Shown piece by piece: positions 49,736 to 59,269 of a DNA stretch of 64,000 nucleotides. Origin of the DNA: Candidatus Cryptobacteroides choladohippi (GTDB lineage Bacteria > Bacteroidota > Bacteroidia > Bacteroidales > UBA932). A program made the position numbers and the translations under genes. The DNA is taken from the NCBI GenBank assembly GCA_018065985.1, contig JAGHSF010000019.1:6328-70327 (forward strand), read 5' to 3'. The notes beneath the pieces are model-generated. The model made no database searches, was not told where the DNA came from, and saw only the letters and a list, made by a program, of their open reading frames with translations. Within the stretch, counting starts at the first letter, position 1. Each line of letters begins with the position of its first letter.

Positions 49736-52700
49736 ATGAAAAAAATCAAGTTAGTACTTGTGGTGATCAGCTTGATGCTGTCAGTCCTGGGTAATGCCCA
49801 GAACAGGACAGTGTCCGGCAACGTCATCTCTACAGACGACGGACTGCCTGTGATAGGTGCGTCCGTTTTCGTGAAGGGAACGAAGATTGGAACCGTCACC
49901 GACTTGGATGGTAACTTCACCCTCCCCGGAGTTCCTGCGGATGCGACCACACTCGAGGTCGCTTACCTCAGCATGAAGACAAAGGAAGTTCCAGTGGAAT
50001 CTTTCGTAAAGGTCGCCCTGGAACCCGACTCGGAAATGCTTGCGGAAGTCGTCGTTACCGGTATGCAGTCGATGGACCGCCGACTCTTCACGGGTTCCAC
50101 AGCAAAAATCGATGCTTCAGAAGCAAAACTTGACGGTATGGCCGACGTCAGCCGCTCCCTCGAGGGACGCGTTGCCGGTGTGTCCGTCCAGAACGTTTCC
50201 GGTACATTCGGTACAGCGCCCAAGATCCGTGTACGTGGCGCAACATCAATCTATGGTTCATCAAAGCCCCTCTGGGTTGTCGACGGAGTCATCATGGAAG
50301 ATGTCGTCGACGTGAGTGCAGACCAGCTGTCATCCGGTGATGCAAACACCTTGATCTCATCAGCTATCGCAGGTCTCAACTCAGACGATATCGAGTCATT
50401 CGACATCCTCAAGGACGGTTCGGCCACTTCTATATATGGTGCGCGCGCGATGGCCGGTGTCATCGTCATCACCACCAAGAAAGGCCGTGCCGGTTCAGCA
50501 AAGCTCACCTACACCGGTGAGTTCACAACCAGACTGAAGCCTTCATACACCACTTTCAACATCATGAACTCCCAGGACCAGATGGAAATCTACCAGGAGC
50601 TCCAGCAGAAAGGATACCTCAACTACGCATCGGTTTCCAACGCTTCTGCAAGCGGTGTATTCGGCAAGATGTACGAACTGGTCAACACCTACAACGCAAC
50701 TTCAGGAACATTCGGACTCGCCAACACCCCCGAGGCCAAGGCTGAGTATCTGAGAGCAGCGGAGTACAGGAACACCGACTGGTTCGGCATCCTCTTCTCG
50801 ACAGGCCTCCAGCAGAACCACTCTGTCAGCATTTCCGGAGGTTCCGACAAGGGTACCTACTATGCTTCAGGTTCAATCATGAATGACCCGGGTTGGACCA
50901 AGCAGAGTTCAGTGCAGCGTTACACAGGCAACGTGAACGCCACATACAGGTTCATGGAGAACGTCACCTTCAACTTCATCAGCAACGCATCATACCGTAA
51001 GCAGCGCGCTCCCGGTACCCTGGGACAGGCTATCGACGTCGTTTCCGGTGAGGTCAAGAGAGACTTCGACATCAACCCCTACTCTTACGCGCTCAACACT
51101 TCACGCGCACTCGACCCCAACGAGTACTACAAGAGGAACTACGCTCCGTTCAACATCATGAACGAGCTTGACAACAACTACATTGACGTCAACGTAACCG
51201 ACTTCCGCGTTCAGGGTGAACTCAAGTACAAGCCCATCAACGGACTCGAGTTCAGCGCAATCGGCGCGATGAAGTACACATCAACCGCTCAGGAGCACTA
51301 CATTCTCGAAGGCTCCAACCAGGCTCTCGCATACAAGGAGATGAGTACCACCGTCATCAGAAACGCCAACCCGTTCCTTTACAAAGACCCTGACAAGCCC
51401 TACGAGTACCCTGTCTCAGTGCTGCCCAACGGTGGTATCTACGAGAAGAACGACAACTCCATGCTCGGATACGACTTCCGTGCAACAATGAACTACAGCA
51501 ACACGTTCAAAAGGGACCACATCGTCAACTTCTTTGCAGGTACCGAGATCAACAAGATAGAGCGTCATGGAATATGGTTCCGCGGCTGGGGCATGCAGTA
51601 TGCCATGGGCGAGACCTCGAACTACGACTACCGCGTGTTCAAGGAAGGTTCAGAGCAGAACAGCGACTACTACACAATGAAGAACGCCCACGACCGCAGC
51701 GCCGCCTTCTTCGCAAATGGTACTTACTCATACGCAGGCAAATACATCTTCAACGGAACCATCCGTTACGAAGGTACCAACAAGCTCGGAAAGAGCCGCC
51801 AGGCACGCTGGCTTCCTACATGGAACCTGTCAGCCGCGTGGAACCTGCACGAGGAGAAGTGGATGAAGAACCTGTATCCTACAATCTCACACCTCAGCCT
51901 CAAGGCTTCATACTCACTTACTGCAGACCGCGGTCCTTCGTCAGTAACCAACTCGGCAGTGGTCATCACTGCCAACACACCCTGGAGACCTTTCACCAAC
52001 GTACGTGAGACAGCGCTTGCAATCGAAGACCTTGCCAACACGGACCTTACATACGAGAAGAAGAGAGAGCTCAACCTCGGAATCGAGACCGGCCTCTTCG
52101 ACAACCGCGTCAACATCGCCCTCGACTGGTACAGCCGTAACAACTACGACCTCATCGGTATCATCAACACACAGGGTATTGGCGGACAGGTGCAGAAGAT
52201 GGGTAACATCGCAACGATGAAGTCCGACGGCGTCGAGCTGTCACTCTCAACCACCAACATCAAGGCAAAGGACTTCAGCTGGACAAGCAACTTCATCTAC
52301 TCCCACTCCCACAACGTAGTATCCCAGCTCAAGACAACCATACGCGTGATCGACCTCGTACGAGGCAGCGGTTTCGCACAGGAAGGCTACCCTGTACGTG
52401 GTATCTTCTCAATTCCCTTCGTCGGCCTCAACGACGAGGGTCTTCCCGTGTTCAAGGATCAGGACGGTGGCCAGTCTGTCAGCGGCATCTACTTCCAGGA
52501 GTCAGACCCCGAGAAGCTCAAGTTCCTCGAATATTCAGGAAACGCAGATCCCACCGACGTTGGCTCGTTCGGTAACATCTTCAGCTACAAGGGATTCCGC
52601 CTCAATGTATTCATGACCTACTCATTCGGCAACGTCATCCGTCTGGACCCTGTATTCAGGAACACCTACAATGACCTTGACTCCATGCCCAAGGAGTTTG

Positions 52701-53065
52701 CAAACCGCTGGGCAGTTCCCGGAGACGAGAAGTACACCAGCATCCCTGTTATCGCATCAGTATGGCAGAACAGGCAGGATTCACAGCTCAGCTACGCATA
52801 CAACGCGTACAACTACTCTACCGAACGTATCGCAAAGGGCGACTTCATCCGCATGAAGGAGATCTCTTTCGGATACGACTTCCCCAATGCCTGGGTAGAG
52901 AAACTGCACCTCAACGCACTCTCGCTCAAGCTCCAGGCAACCAACCTCTTCCTTCTCTATGCTGACAAGAAGCTCAACGGACAGGATCCCGAGTTCGCAA
53001 ACGCCGGTGGTGTTGCCGTTCCGCTCCCCAAGCAGTTCACCTTCACAGTCAAGATTGGTCTTTAG
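49736..53065 (+). CDS. SusC/RagA-family TonB-dependent outer-membrane transporter (locus 2)
   Basis: After the signal peptide comes a carboxypeptidase-regulatory-like domain (RTVSGNVISTDDGLPVIGASVFVKGT). The plug contains IRVRGATSIYGSSKPLWVVDG and SIYGARAMAGVIVITTKKG. The C-terminus is FTFTVKIGL. Confidence 0.9.
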   Translation: MKKIKLVLVVISLMLSVLGNAQNRTVSGNVISTDDGLPVIGASVFVKGTKIGTVTDLDGNFTLPGVPADATTLEVAYLSMKTKEVPVESFVKVALEPDSEMLAEVVVTGMQSMDRRLFTGSTAKIDASEAKLDGMADVSRSLEGRVAGVSVQNVSGTFGTAPKIRVRGATSIYGSSKPLWVVDGVIMEDVVDVSADQLSSGDANTLISSAIAGLNSDDIESFDILKDGSATSIYGARAMAGVIVITTKKGRAGSAKLTYTGEFTTRLKPSYTTFNIMNSQDQMEIYQELQQKGYLNYASVSNASASGVFGKMYELVNTYNATSGTFGLANTPEAKAEYLRAAEYRNTDWFGILFSTGLQQNHSVSISGGSDKGTYYASGSIMNDPGWTKQSSVQRYTGNVNATYRFMENVTFNFISNASYRKQRAPGTLGQAIDVVSGEVKRDFDINPYSYALNTSRALDPNEYYKRNYAPFNIMNELDNNYIDVNVTDFRVQGELKYKPINGLEFSAIGAMKYTSTAQEHYILEGSNQALAYKEMSTTVIRNANPFLYKDPDKPYEYPVSVLPNGGIYEKNDNSMLGYDFRATMNYSNTFKRDHIVNFFAGTEINKIERHGIWFRGWGMQYAMGETSNYDYRVFKEGSEQNSDYYTMKNAHDRSAAFFANGTYSYAGKYIFNGTIRYEGTNKLGKSRQARWLPTWNLSAAWNLHEEKWMKNLYPTISHLSLKASYSLTADRGPSSVTNSAVVITANTPWRPFTNVRETALAIEDLANTDLTYEKKRELNLGIETGLFDNRVNIALDWYSRNNYDLIGIINTQGIGGQVQKMGNIATMKSDGVELSLSTTNIKAKDFSWTSNFIYSHSHNVVSQLKTTIRVIDLVRGSGFAQEGYPVRGIFSIPFVGLNDEGLPVFKDQDGGQSVSGIYFQESDPEKLKFLEYSGNADPTDVGSFGNIFSYKGFRLNVFMTYSFGNVIRLDPVFRNTYNDLDSMPKEFANRWAVPGDEKYTSIPVIASVWQNRQDSQLSYAYNAYNYSTERIAKGDFIRMKEISFGYDFPNAWVEKLHLNALSLKLQATNLFLLYADKKLNGQDPEFANAGGVAVPLPKQFTFTVKIGL

Positions 53066-53082
53066 TTCAGGAGGAAAAAGAA

Positions 53083-54756
53083 ATGAAAATGAAGAAACTC
53101 ATATATATGGTAATGGCATCAGCAGTTATGAGCCTTACCGCATGCGACAAGTTCCTCGACGTGATGCCGGACAACAGAACCGAAATCGATTCTGCCGACA
53201 AAATGCGCGCCCTGCTTGTTTCAGCATATCCCGAAACCGACTATATGCTCCTTTCGGAGTTCGTGTCTGATGATGTGGATGACTTCGGCGAGACCAACCC
53301 CAATTCCGACCGCTTCATCCAGCAGGTCTACAACTGGCAGGAAATCACCGAGACCAACAACGAGGACGTTGAAAAGCTCTGGGGAAACACCTACCTCGCA
53401 ATTGCAGTGTCAAACCAGGTAATCGACGGTATTCTCAGCCTTGATGAATCAAGTTCCGACAACAGCAAGAAGGACCTCTTTGCAGTTGCAGCGGCCAACA
53501 ACCTCCTTCCAGAGATGGCAGAAGCGCTCCTGTGCCGCGCCTACAACCACTTCATCCTTGTCAACATGTTCTGCCAGCAGTACAACACCCTGACTTCCGA
53601 CAAGGATCTCGGTATCACTTATATGGACATGCCTGAGCAGGGACTGAACCCCAAATACAAGCGCAGCAGCGTGAAGGAGATCTACGACCATATCGCAGAC
53701 GACCTCGCGCTCGCACTCCCTTACGTGAGCGACGAGTACTTTACCGTGCCCAAGTACCACTTCAACAAGACAGCAGCCTACGCATTTGCAGCAAGGTTCT
53801 ATCTCTACTATGAGAAGTGGGACGAGTCTCTCAGGTATGCGGACCTCTGTCTCGGAAGCGAACCTTCTGCACTCCTCAGGGACTGGGCAGACCAGTCAAA
53901 GATGACCCAGGACGAGGACGTGATCACCGAGCATTTCATCGATGCAGGTGTTAAGTCCAACCTCCTTCTCATGACAGCCTACTCTTGTATGGGTATGGCC
54001 TTCCGCAACTACTTCCTCTACGCCAGATACAGCCACGGCAACTACCAGGCTACCAACGAAGATGCAATCTGCCTTGCCACGATGCTCGGATCAAACAGCG
54101 GAAACTTTTACAAGATGCCCCCCGCAGTGTACAGCGCAACCAACATGGACCGCGTAATCTTCTGGAAACTCCCCTACCTCTTCGAGTACACCGACCCTGT
54201 TGCGCAGATCGGCTACCGCAGAACGGTATACCCTGCATTCACAGGCGACATGGTTCTCCTCGAGAGGGCTGAGGCAAAGATTCTCCTCGGCAAGTACGAC
54301 GAGGCTGCAGCCGACATGAACATCTGGCTCAACAACATTTCGAAGACCAAATGGGATCTCACTCCCGAAAGCATCAACGATCTGTTCAAGAAAATGGAAT
54401 ACTACAAATGGGACAACTCGACTCCCAAGAAGGCGCTGAATCCCAAATTCGACTTCCAGGAGGGAATTCAGGAGAACATGCTCCACTTTGTACTCCTTCT
54501 CAAGAAGGTCGAGGGTCTTGGACTCGGAACCAGATGGTTCGACGTAAAGCGCTACGGAATCGAGATCGTACGCCGCGAGATGGGACCTGACGGCAACCCT
54601 CTCAAGCTTCTTGACGTGCTCAAGGTAGACGACCCCAGGCGTGCACTCCAGATACCTGTCAAGGTTTCCGATGCAGGTTATGAGAAGAATCCCCGTGGAA
54701 AGAGCACGGACTCAGAATATGTGCAGAAGGTTGAAAGAGAACCCGTTAACTTCTAG
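53083..54756 (+). CDS. SusD/RagB-family nutrient-binding lipoprotein (locus 2)
   Basis: The lipobox MSLTAC is followed by DKFLDVMPDNRTEI, typical of SusD-like N-termini. The gene starts 18 nt after susC. Confidence 0.85.
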   Translation: MKMKKLIYMVMASAVMSLTACDKFLDVMPDNRTEIDSADKMRALLVSAYPETDYMLLSEFVSDDVDDFGETNPNSDRFIQQVYNWQEITETNNEDVEKLWGNTYLAIAVSNQVIDGILSLDESSSDNSKKDLFAVAAANNLLPEMAEALLCRAYNHFILVNMFCQQYNTLTSDKDLGITYMDMPEQGLNPKYKRSSVKEIYDHIADDLALALPYVSDEYFTVPKYHFNKTAAYAFAARFYLYYEKWDESLRYADLCLGSEPSALLRDWADQSKMTQDEDVITEHFIDAGVKSNLLLMTAYSCMGMAFRNYFLYARYSHGNYQATNEDAICLATMLGSNSGNFYKMPPAVYSATNMDRVIFWKLPYLFEYTDPVAQIGYRRTVYPAFTGDMVLLERAEAKILLGKYDEAAADMNIWLNNISKTKWDLTPESINDLFKKMEYYKWDNSTPKKALNPKFDFQEGIQENMLHFVLLLKKVEGLGLGTRWFDVKRYGIEIVRREMGPDGNPLKLLDVLKVDDPRRALQIPVKVSDAGYEKNPRGKSTDSEYVQKVEREPVNF

Positions 54757-54761
54757 ACGCC

Positions 54762-55652
54762 ATGAAAAAAGTAATATATATACTGTTAGCTTTTATCGCT
54801 GCTTCTGTCATGAATTCATGCCAGGAAGAGCCTCTCAAGAAGGACAGCGTCATAACGGTTGACAAGATTCAGCAGAACGACTTCGACAAGTGGCTGACAG
54901 CCAATTTTGTCAATCCCTACAACATCGACTTCGTATATCGTTTCTCGATGAACGAGTCTGATATGAATTACTACACCATCCCTCCCAAGTACGACCTTGC
55001 GGTGAAGATGGCACACCTCGTGAAATATCTCTGCGTCGACACATATGACGAAGTCGCAGGCATCAGCTTCACAAGGGCATACTTCCCCAAGATGTTCTTC
55101 CTGATCGGAGAATGGGAGTACAGGAACAATGGAACAATCATTCTCGGTACTGCGGAAGGCGGAAGGAAGATTCTCCTTTCAGGAATCAACTACCTCGACG
55201 AGTTTGTAGATGATGCCGAGGAACTCAACTACTGGTACATCAAGACCATCCACCATGAGTTCACCCACATCCTCAACCAGACCAGGCCCTACCCTTCTGA
55301 GTTCAAGCAGGTTACCGGCAACGGATATGTGGCAGACAACTGGAGCAAGGAGCCTTACAACTCAGAATACCTCCAGAATGGTTTCTTCACAGCATATTCT
55401 CAGGAAAATGACGCCGAGGACTTTGCAGAGATCATGTCAGAGTACGTGACCCACACTGCCGAGTACTGGGATTCTACCGTAGCCAAGGCAGGCGATGGTG
55501 CCATCTTCATCAACCGCAAGCTCGACATCGTACGTGCTTATATGGAAGACACCTGGGGCATCGATATGGACGACCTCAGAGCATGCATCCTCAGAAGGCA
55601 GAACGATGTGGTCAAAGGGAAAGTCGATCTTGACGATGTTTCACTTAACTAA
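54762..55652 (+). CDS. Substrate-import-associated zinc metallohydrolase lipoprotein (HExxH)
   Basis: The lipobox reads VMNSC. The HExxH site occurs in YWYIKTIHHEFTHILNQ, and a downstream acidic motif reads ENDAEDFAEIMSEY. Its position directly after SusC/SusD is typical of this family. Confidence 0.7.
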   Translation: MKKVIYILLAFIAASVMNSCQEEPLKKDSVITVDKIQQNDFDKWLTANFVNPYNIDFVYRFSMNESDMNYYTIPPKYDLAVKMAHLVKYLCVDTYDEVAGISFTRAYFPKMFFLIGEWEYRNNGTIILGTAEGGRKILLSGINYLDEFVDDAEELNYWYIKTIHHEFTHILNQTRPYPSEFKQVTGNGYVADNWSKEPYNSEYLQNGFFTAYSQENDAEDFAEIMSEYVTHTAEYWDSTVAKAGDGAIFINRKLDIVRAYMEDTWGIDMDDLRACILRRQNDVVKGKVDLDDVSLN

Positions 55653-55664
55653 ACAGGCAGAGAT

Positions 55665-56996
55665 ATGAAAACAAGAAGAATAATACTTATCGTAGCTGCG
55701 GCTATGAGCCTTTTTGCAGCGCAGTCCTGCCTCAAGGATCAGAAGATGGTATTCGACAAGCCATACTCTGAGAGAATGTCCGACTACCTCAAAAACGTGA
55801 CCGAAGTACTGGAAAGCAACGAATCCGGATGGATCATGAGAACATATCCCGGAACCGGCCAGGCCTACGGAGGATACGCCTTCTATGTGAATTTCAAAGA
55901 CGGCAAGGTGACCGCCAGGTGCGAGATCGATCCCGAGTACGAGGAGACCAGCTATTACAAGCTCACCAACGACAACGGTCCCGTTCTCTCGTTCGACCTC
56001 CACAATGAGATTCTCCACCTGTTCTCGACACCTTCAAGCGGCGCATACCAGGCAATGGGAGGAGACTTCGAGTTCACAATCAAGGAATACTCAAACGAGA
56101 AGATCGGCCTTGTAGGCAAGCGTTCAGGCAACCACTGTGACCTCTATCCTTTCCCTGTCGGCATAGCTCCTGAGAAGTACCTCCAGGACGTCTATGACAT
56201 GAGCGAGAACGTGCTCGCTGCAACTGTTGACGGTGTGATCGGAGGCAAGGAAGTCACCGGAGAGGTGGACCTCGATTCAAGGCGCATCACATTCACCTAT
56301 TATGATCCCGAGGAAGCCGCACTCATTGCAGCCGGCGATCCTGCAAACGAGGAGGAGGAAGACGGAGACGACGAGGAGGGTTATGTGACCAAGGAGATGC
56401 CTTTCATGTACACTCCTACAGGTATCAGAGCCTACGAGCCTGTCAAGATTGCAGGAAACACTCTTGACGATCTCATGTACCATTCGGAGAACAACGTATT
56501 CACAAACGGTGTGATTGTACTTCAGGGACACGTTCCCGCCGATTACACGCAATACGCAGATTTCGAAGGAACCTATACCCTCAAGTACAACTCCACGGCA
56601 ACGGTAACCCTCACTCCCAACGAGGATAAGACCGGTTACATCATGTCAGGAATCAACAAGAACTACACCATCTTCCTCAAGTACAACAAGGCAAAAGGCC
56701 GCCTGATGTGGAATGTACAGCTTGTCGGTTCTGATGGAGACAACCTCGTATGGCTCGCAGCATGGGACCTCAATGGAGGAGGGAACCTTAATTACTGGGA
56801 CGAAATGGCAGGTACCGAGATCCACTGGGTTGAGGAACGCAACCAGTTCGAGTTCGAATCCAACCTGAACTGGGAAGGTCATGCCACCGACTCATTCATT
56901 CTTTGGGAAACAGACAGCGACGGAAACTCAATGGGCCAGTACACCGGTTGGGGCAGCAGCCAGATTCCTTATCTGAAGTATCTCAAACGTAAATAA
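55665..56996 (+). CDS. DUF4302-like lipoprotein
   Basis: The lipobox reads AAQSC. The N-terminal pattern SERMSDYLKNVTEVLESNESGWIMRTYPG...GGYAFYVNFKDGKVTA matches my memory of DUF4302 proteins that accompany the metallohydrolase. This is not verified by HMM. Confidence 0.5.
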   Translation: MKTRRIILIVAAAMSLFAAQSCLKDQKMVFDKPYSERMSDYLKNVTEVLESNESGWIMRTYPGTGQAYGGYAFYVNFKDGKVTARCEIDPEYEETSYYKLTNDNGPVLSFDLHNEILHLFSTPSSGAYQAMGGDFEFTIKEYSNEKIGLVGKRSGNHCDLYPFPVGIAPEKYLQDVYDMSENVLAATVDGVIGGKEVTGEVDLDSRRITFTYYDPEEAALIAAGDPANEEEEDGDDEEGYVTKEMPFMYTPTGIRAYEPVKIAGNTLDDLMYHSENNVFTNGVIVLQGHVPADYTQYADFEGTYTLKYNSTATVTLTPNEDKTGYIMSGINKNYTIFLKYNKAKGRLMWNVQLVGSDGDNLVWLAAWDLNGGGNLNYWDEMAGTEIHWVEERNQFEFESNLNWEGHATDSFILWETDSDGNSMGQYTGWGSSQIPYLKYLKRK

Positions 56997-57008
56997 TACC
57001 GAGAAGAG

Positions 57009-59252
57009 ATGAAAAAGATCATAAACATAATGACGATAGCACTCGGAATCCTGGCATTCTCGTCATGCGGGCAGAAAGGGCTTGCTCCCATCGAGAGAAA
57101 GGTCAAGGTTGTCGAGAGCAATCTCGCCATCCCTGCAAAGGGAGGCGAGGCAAAGGTCAAGCTTGAGACCAAAGGTCAGCTCAAGGTCAGCGTCGACGCT
57201 GCATGGTGCACCTATGCCATCAATGGAAACGAAGTCACCTTTACCGCAACCGAAAACAGCAAGCTGACTTCAAGGTATGCCAAGGCCGTGTTCACAGTAG
57301 AGGACGAGAACGCCACAGTGACCATCCACCAATACGGATACATCACAAGCGACTTTTCTCCTTCAGACATCACTGCAATATCTGACGGTGAAGTATTCAA
57401 CTTCCCTTACAAGTACGATGAGAAACTCGTGGCCAGCACAGATGCTGAATGGATAACCCTTTCAGTAACCGAGGACAACCTCAGAGTCGATATTGCCGAG
57501 AATACCACGAAGGCAACGGCCGACAACAAGAGTCGCAAGGCTGAGATTGCATGGCAACTCGGTGCAGACAAGGGCATGATCAAGGTAGAGCAGTATAACG
57601 TAGACTACATGCAGCCCGATGCAAACTGGACCGTAAGCTATGACGGATACAAGGTTTACGAAGGTGACGGTGAGAAGTACGAGCACATCAGCAACGAGGT
57701 GGCAGACCCTGCCGTCTCAGGAATGTATTACATCACCTACTTCTCAAAGGATGATTTCAGCACAAGCGGACTTAATCTTGGCAACTACATCCTGTCAACC
57801 GTTCCAAGCATCAAAGATGACGTCGACGAACTTATCGAATACTATGCAAGCTACGGATATGAACTGACATACTCTGATTTGCTTTACAAGGATTCTGACT
57901 ATGAGATATTCGCAAAGTTTGAGCCAGGCGATTACTACGCATGCGTCATCGGCTTTGACGAGAACCTCGCTCCCACCGGTCGCTATTCAGTATCAGAGTT
58001 CACAAAGAAAGACGGAAGCGAGCCCAGCGCCTATGACAACTGGCTCGGTGACTGGAAGTGCCCGCACGGCAATTCCACCACCAGCTTCGACACCTGGACA
58101 TTCACCGTAAAGGAGAAGGGTTACACCTACTGGGTAAGCGGTATCGAAGGATACACCGACCTCAAGATCGAGGTCGAGTATGACGAGAACACCGAGGGCA
58201 TCATAGCCCGCGCCCAGGAAGGGATTGGAACCATGACCATAGGAAGCAAGGGAGAATGCTCAATGGGATTCTACGGAGCAACTCTCGCAGGAAATCTCTG
58301 GACTCCCGGCGCCAACCCGTACGCAATCTTCACAGCCACAATAGATGGTGACAGCGCTCAGCTGGTTCCTTCAACTCTCAGCACAGAGAGCGGCGAGGTT
58401 CAGCCTGAGATCGGCGCTTACATAGGCAAGACTTCTGATGGGAAATTCACCCTTCCCAAGTCATTTAATGACGCTACCAGAACCAACGTCGTCCTTACAA
58501 GAGGCGGTAGCGATGACGAAGGCGATGATGATGACGAAGACGACGAAGAGCATGGCACAGGCTCCGAGAGTTTCAACAAGTTCATAGGCTCTTGGGAAGT
58601 GACCCCTGCAAATTCCGAGTTCGATCCCTGGATCACCAGACTCGTGGAGGTTACACCCGATGCGGAGATTGCCGCATACGACTGGCAGGGATGGTCCCAA
58701 GACTGGGTAAAACCCGCCACTGTAACATACAAGGACAGCAAGATCACTTTCAAGGGAGGCTCGGGAGTTCCTCTCGCAGAGAATGTTATCATGGACGATC
58801 CTGGCGATCCGTTCACAGTCTATTACCTGGGATCCTGCATCATCGACGGTGAGTCTTATGTCATCCCCTCCGAAGATAAGATGTACGATGCTTGCGAAGG
58901 CGCAATCGACAAAGACGGCAACATAGTCCTCACCGGTCTTGACATCAAACTCATCGACGGAAATACATACAAAATCTCCGAGTACGGCATCGCGGCCATC
59001 AGTGCGGACGGGGAGACCATCTACACATACAAGAACGAGGCAGGTGAGTTCCCTGTTACCATGAAGAAGGCAAGTCGCAGCAGCAGCAGCAGTTCTGTGA
59101 AGGCATTCGGGCGCACCTGGAACCTCTCACTCGAAAACGCAGTCAAGGTGGAGGCTTCGCACGTTCTCAGAATGCAAGAGGAGGAGCCTGTCATGATGAA
59201 GGCAATCCCTGCCAAGTCAGCACCTTCACGTCCGAAATTTATCATAAAATAA
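57009..59252 (+). CDS. Large surface lipoprotein with two N-terminal BACON-like domains, an acidic linker and uncharacterised C-terminal modules
   Basis: The lipobox reads AFSSC. The BACON-like segments are AKGGEAKVKLETKGQLKVSVDAAWCTYAING...RYAKAVFTV and ASTDAEWITLSV...KSRKAEIAW. The linker reads GGSDDEGDDDDEDDEEHG, and poly-Ser (SRSSSSSS) lies near the C-terminus. Confidence 0.6.
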   Translation: MKKIINIMTIALGILAFSSCGQKGLAPIERKVKVVESNLAIPAKGGEAKVKLETKGQLKVSVDAAWCTYAINGNEVTFTATENSKLTSRYAKAVFTVEDENATVTIHQYGYITSDFSPSDITAISDGEVFNFPYKYDEKLVASTDAEWITLSVTEDNLRVDIAENTTKATADNKSRKAEIAWQLGADKGMIKVEQYNVDYMQPDANWTVSYDGYKVYEGDGEKYEHISNEVADPAVSGMYYITYFSKDDFSTSGLNLGNYILSTVPSIKDDVDELIEYYASYGYELTYSDLLYKDSDYEIFAKFEPGDYYACVIGFDENLAPTGRYSVSEFTKKDGSEPSAYDNWLGDWKCPHGNSTTSFDTWTFTVKEKGYTYWVSGIEGYTDLKIEVEYDENTEGIIARAQEGIGTMTIGSKGECSMGFYGATLAGNLWTPGANPYAIFTATIDGDSAQLVPSTLSTESGEVQPEIGAYIGKTSDGKFTLPKSFNDATRTNVVLTRGGSDDEGDDDDEDDEEHGTGSESFNKFIGSWEVTPANSEFDPWITRLVEVTPDAEIAAYDWQGWSQDWVKPATVTYKDSKITFKGGSGVPLAENVIMDDPGDPFTVYYLGSCIIDGESYVIPSEDKMYDACEGAIDKDGNIVLTGLDIKLIDGNTYKISEYGIAAISADGETIYTYKNEAGEFPVTMKKASRSSSSSSVKAFGRTWNLSLENAVKVEASHVLRMQEEEPVMMKAIPAKSAPSRPKFIIK

Positions 59253-59269
59253 GTTAAACAACCCATACC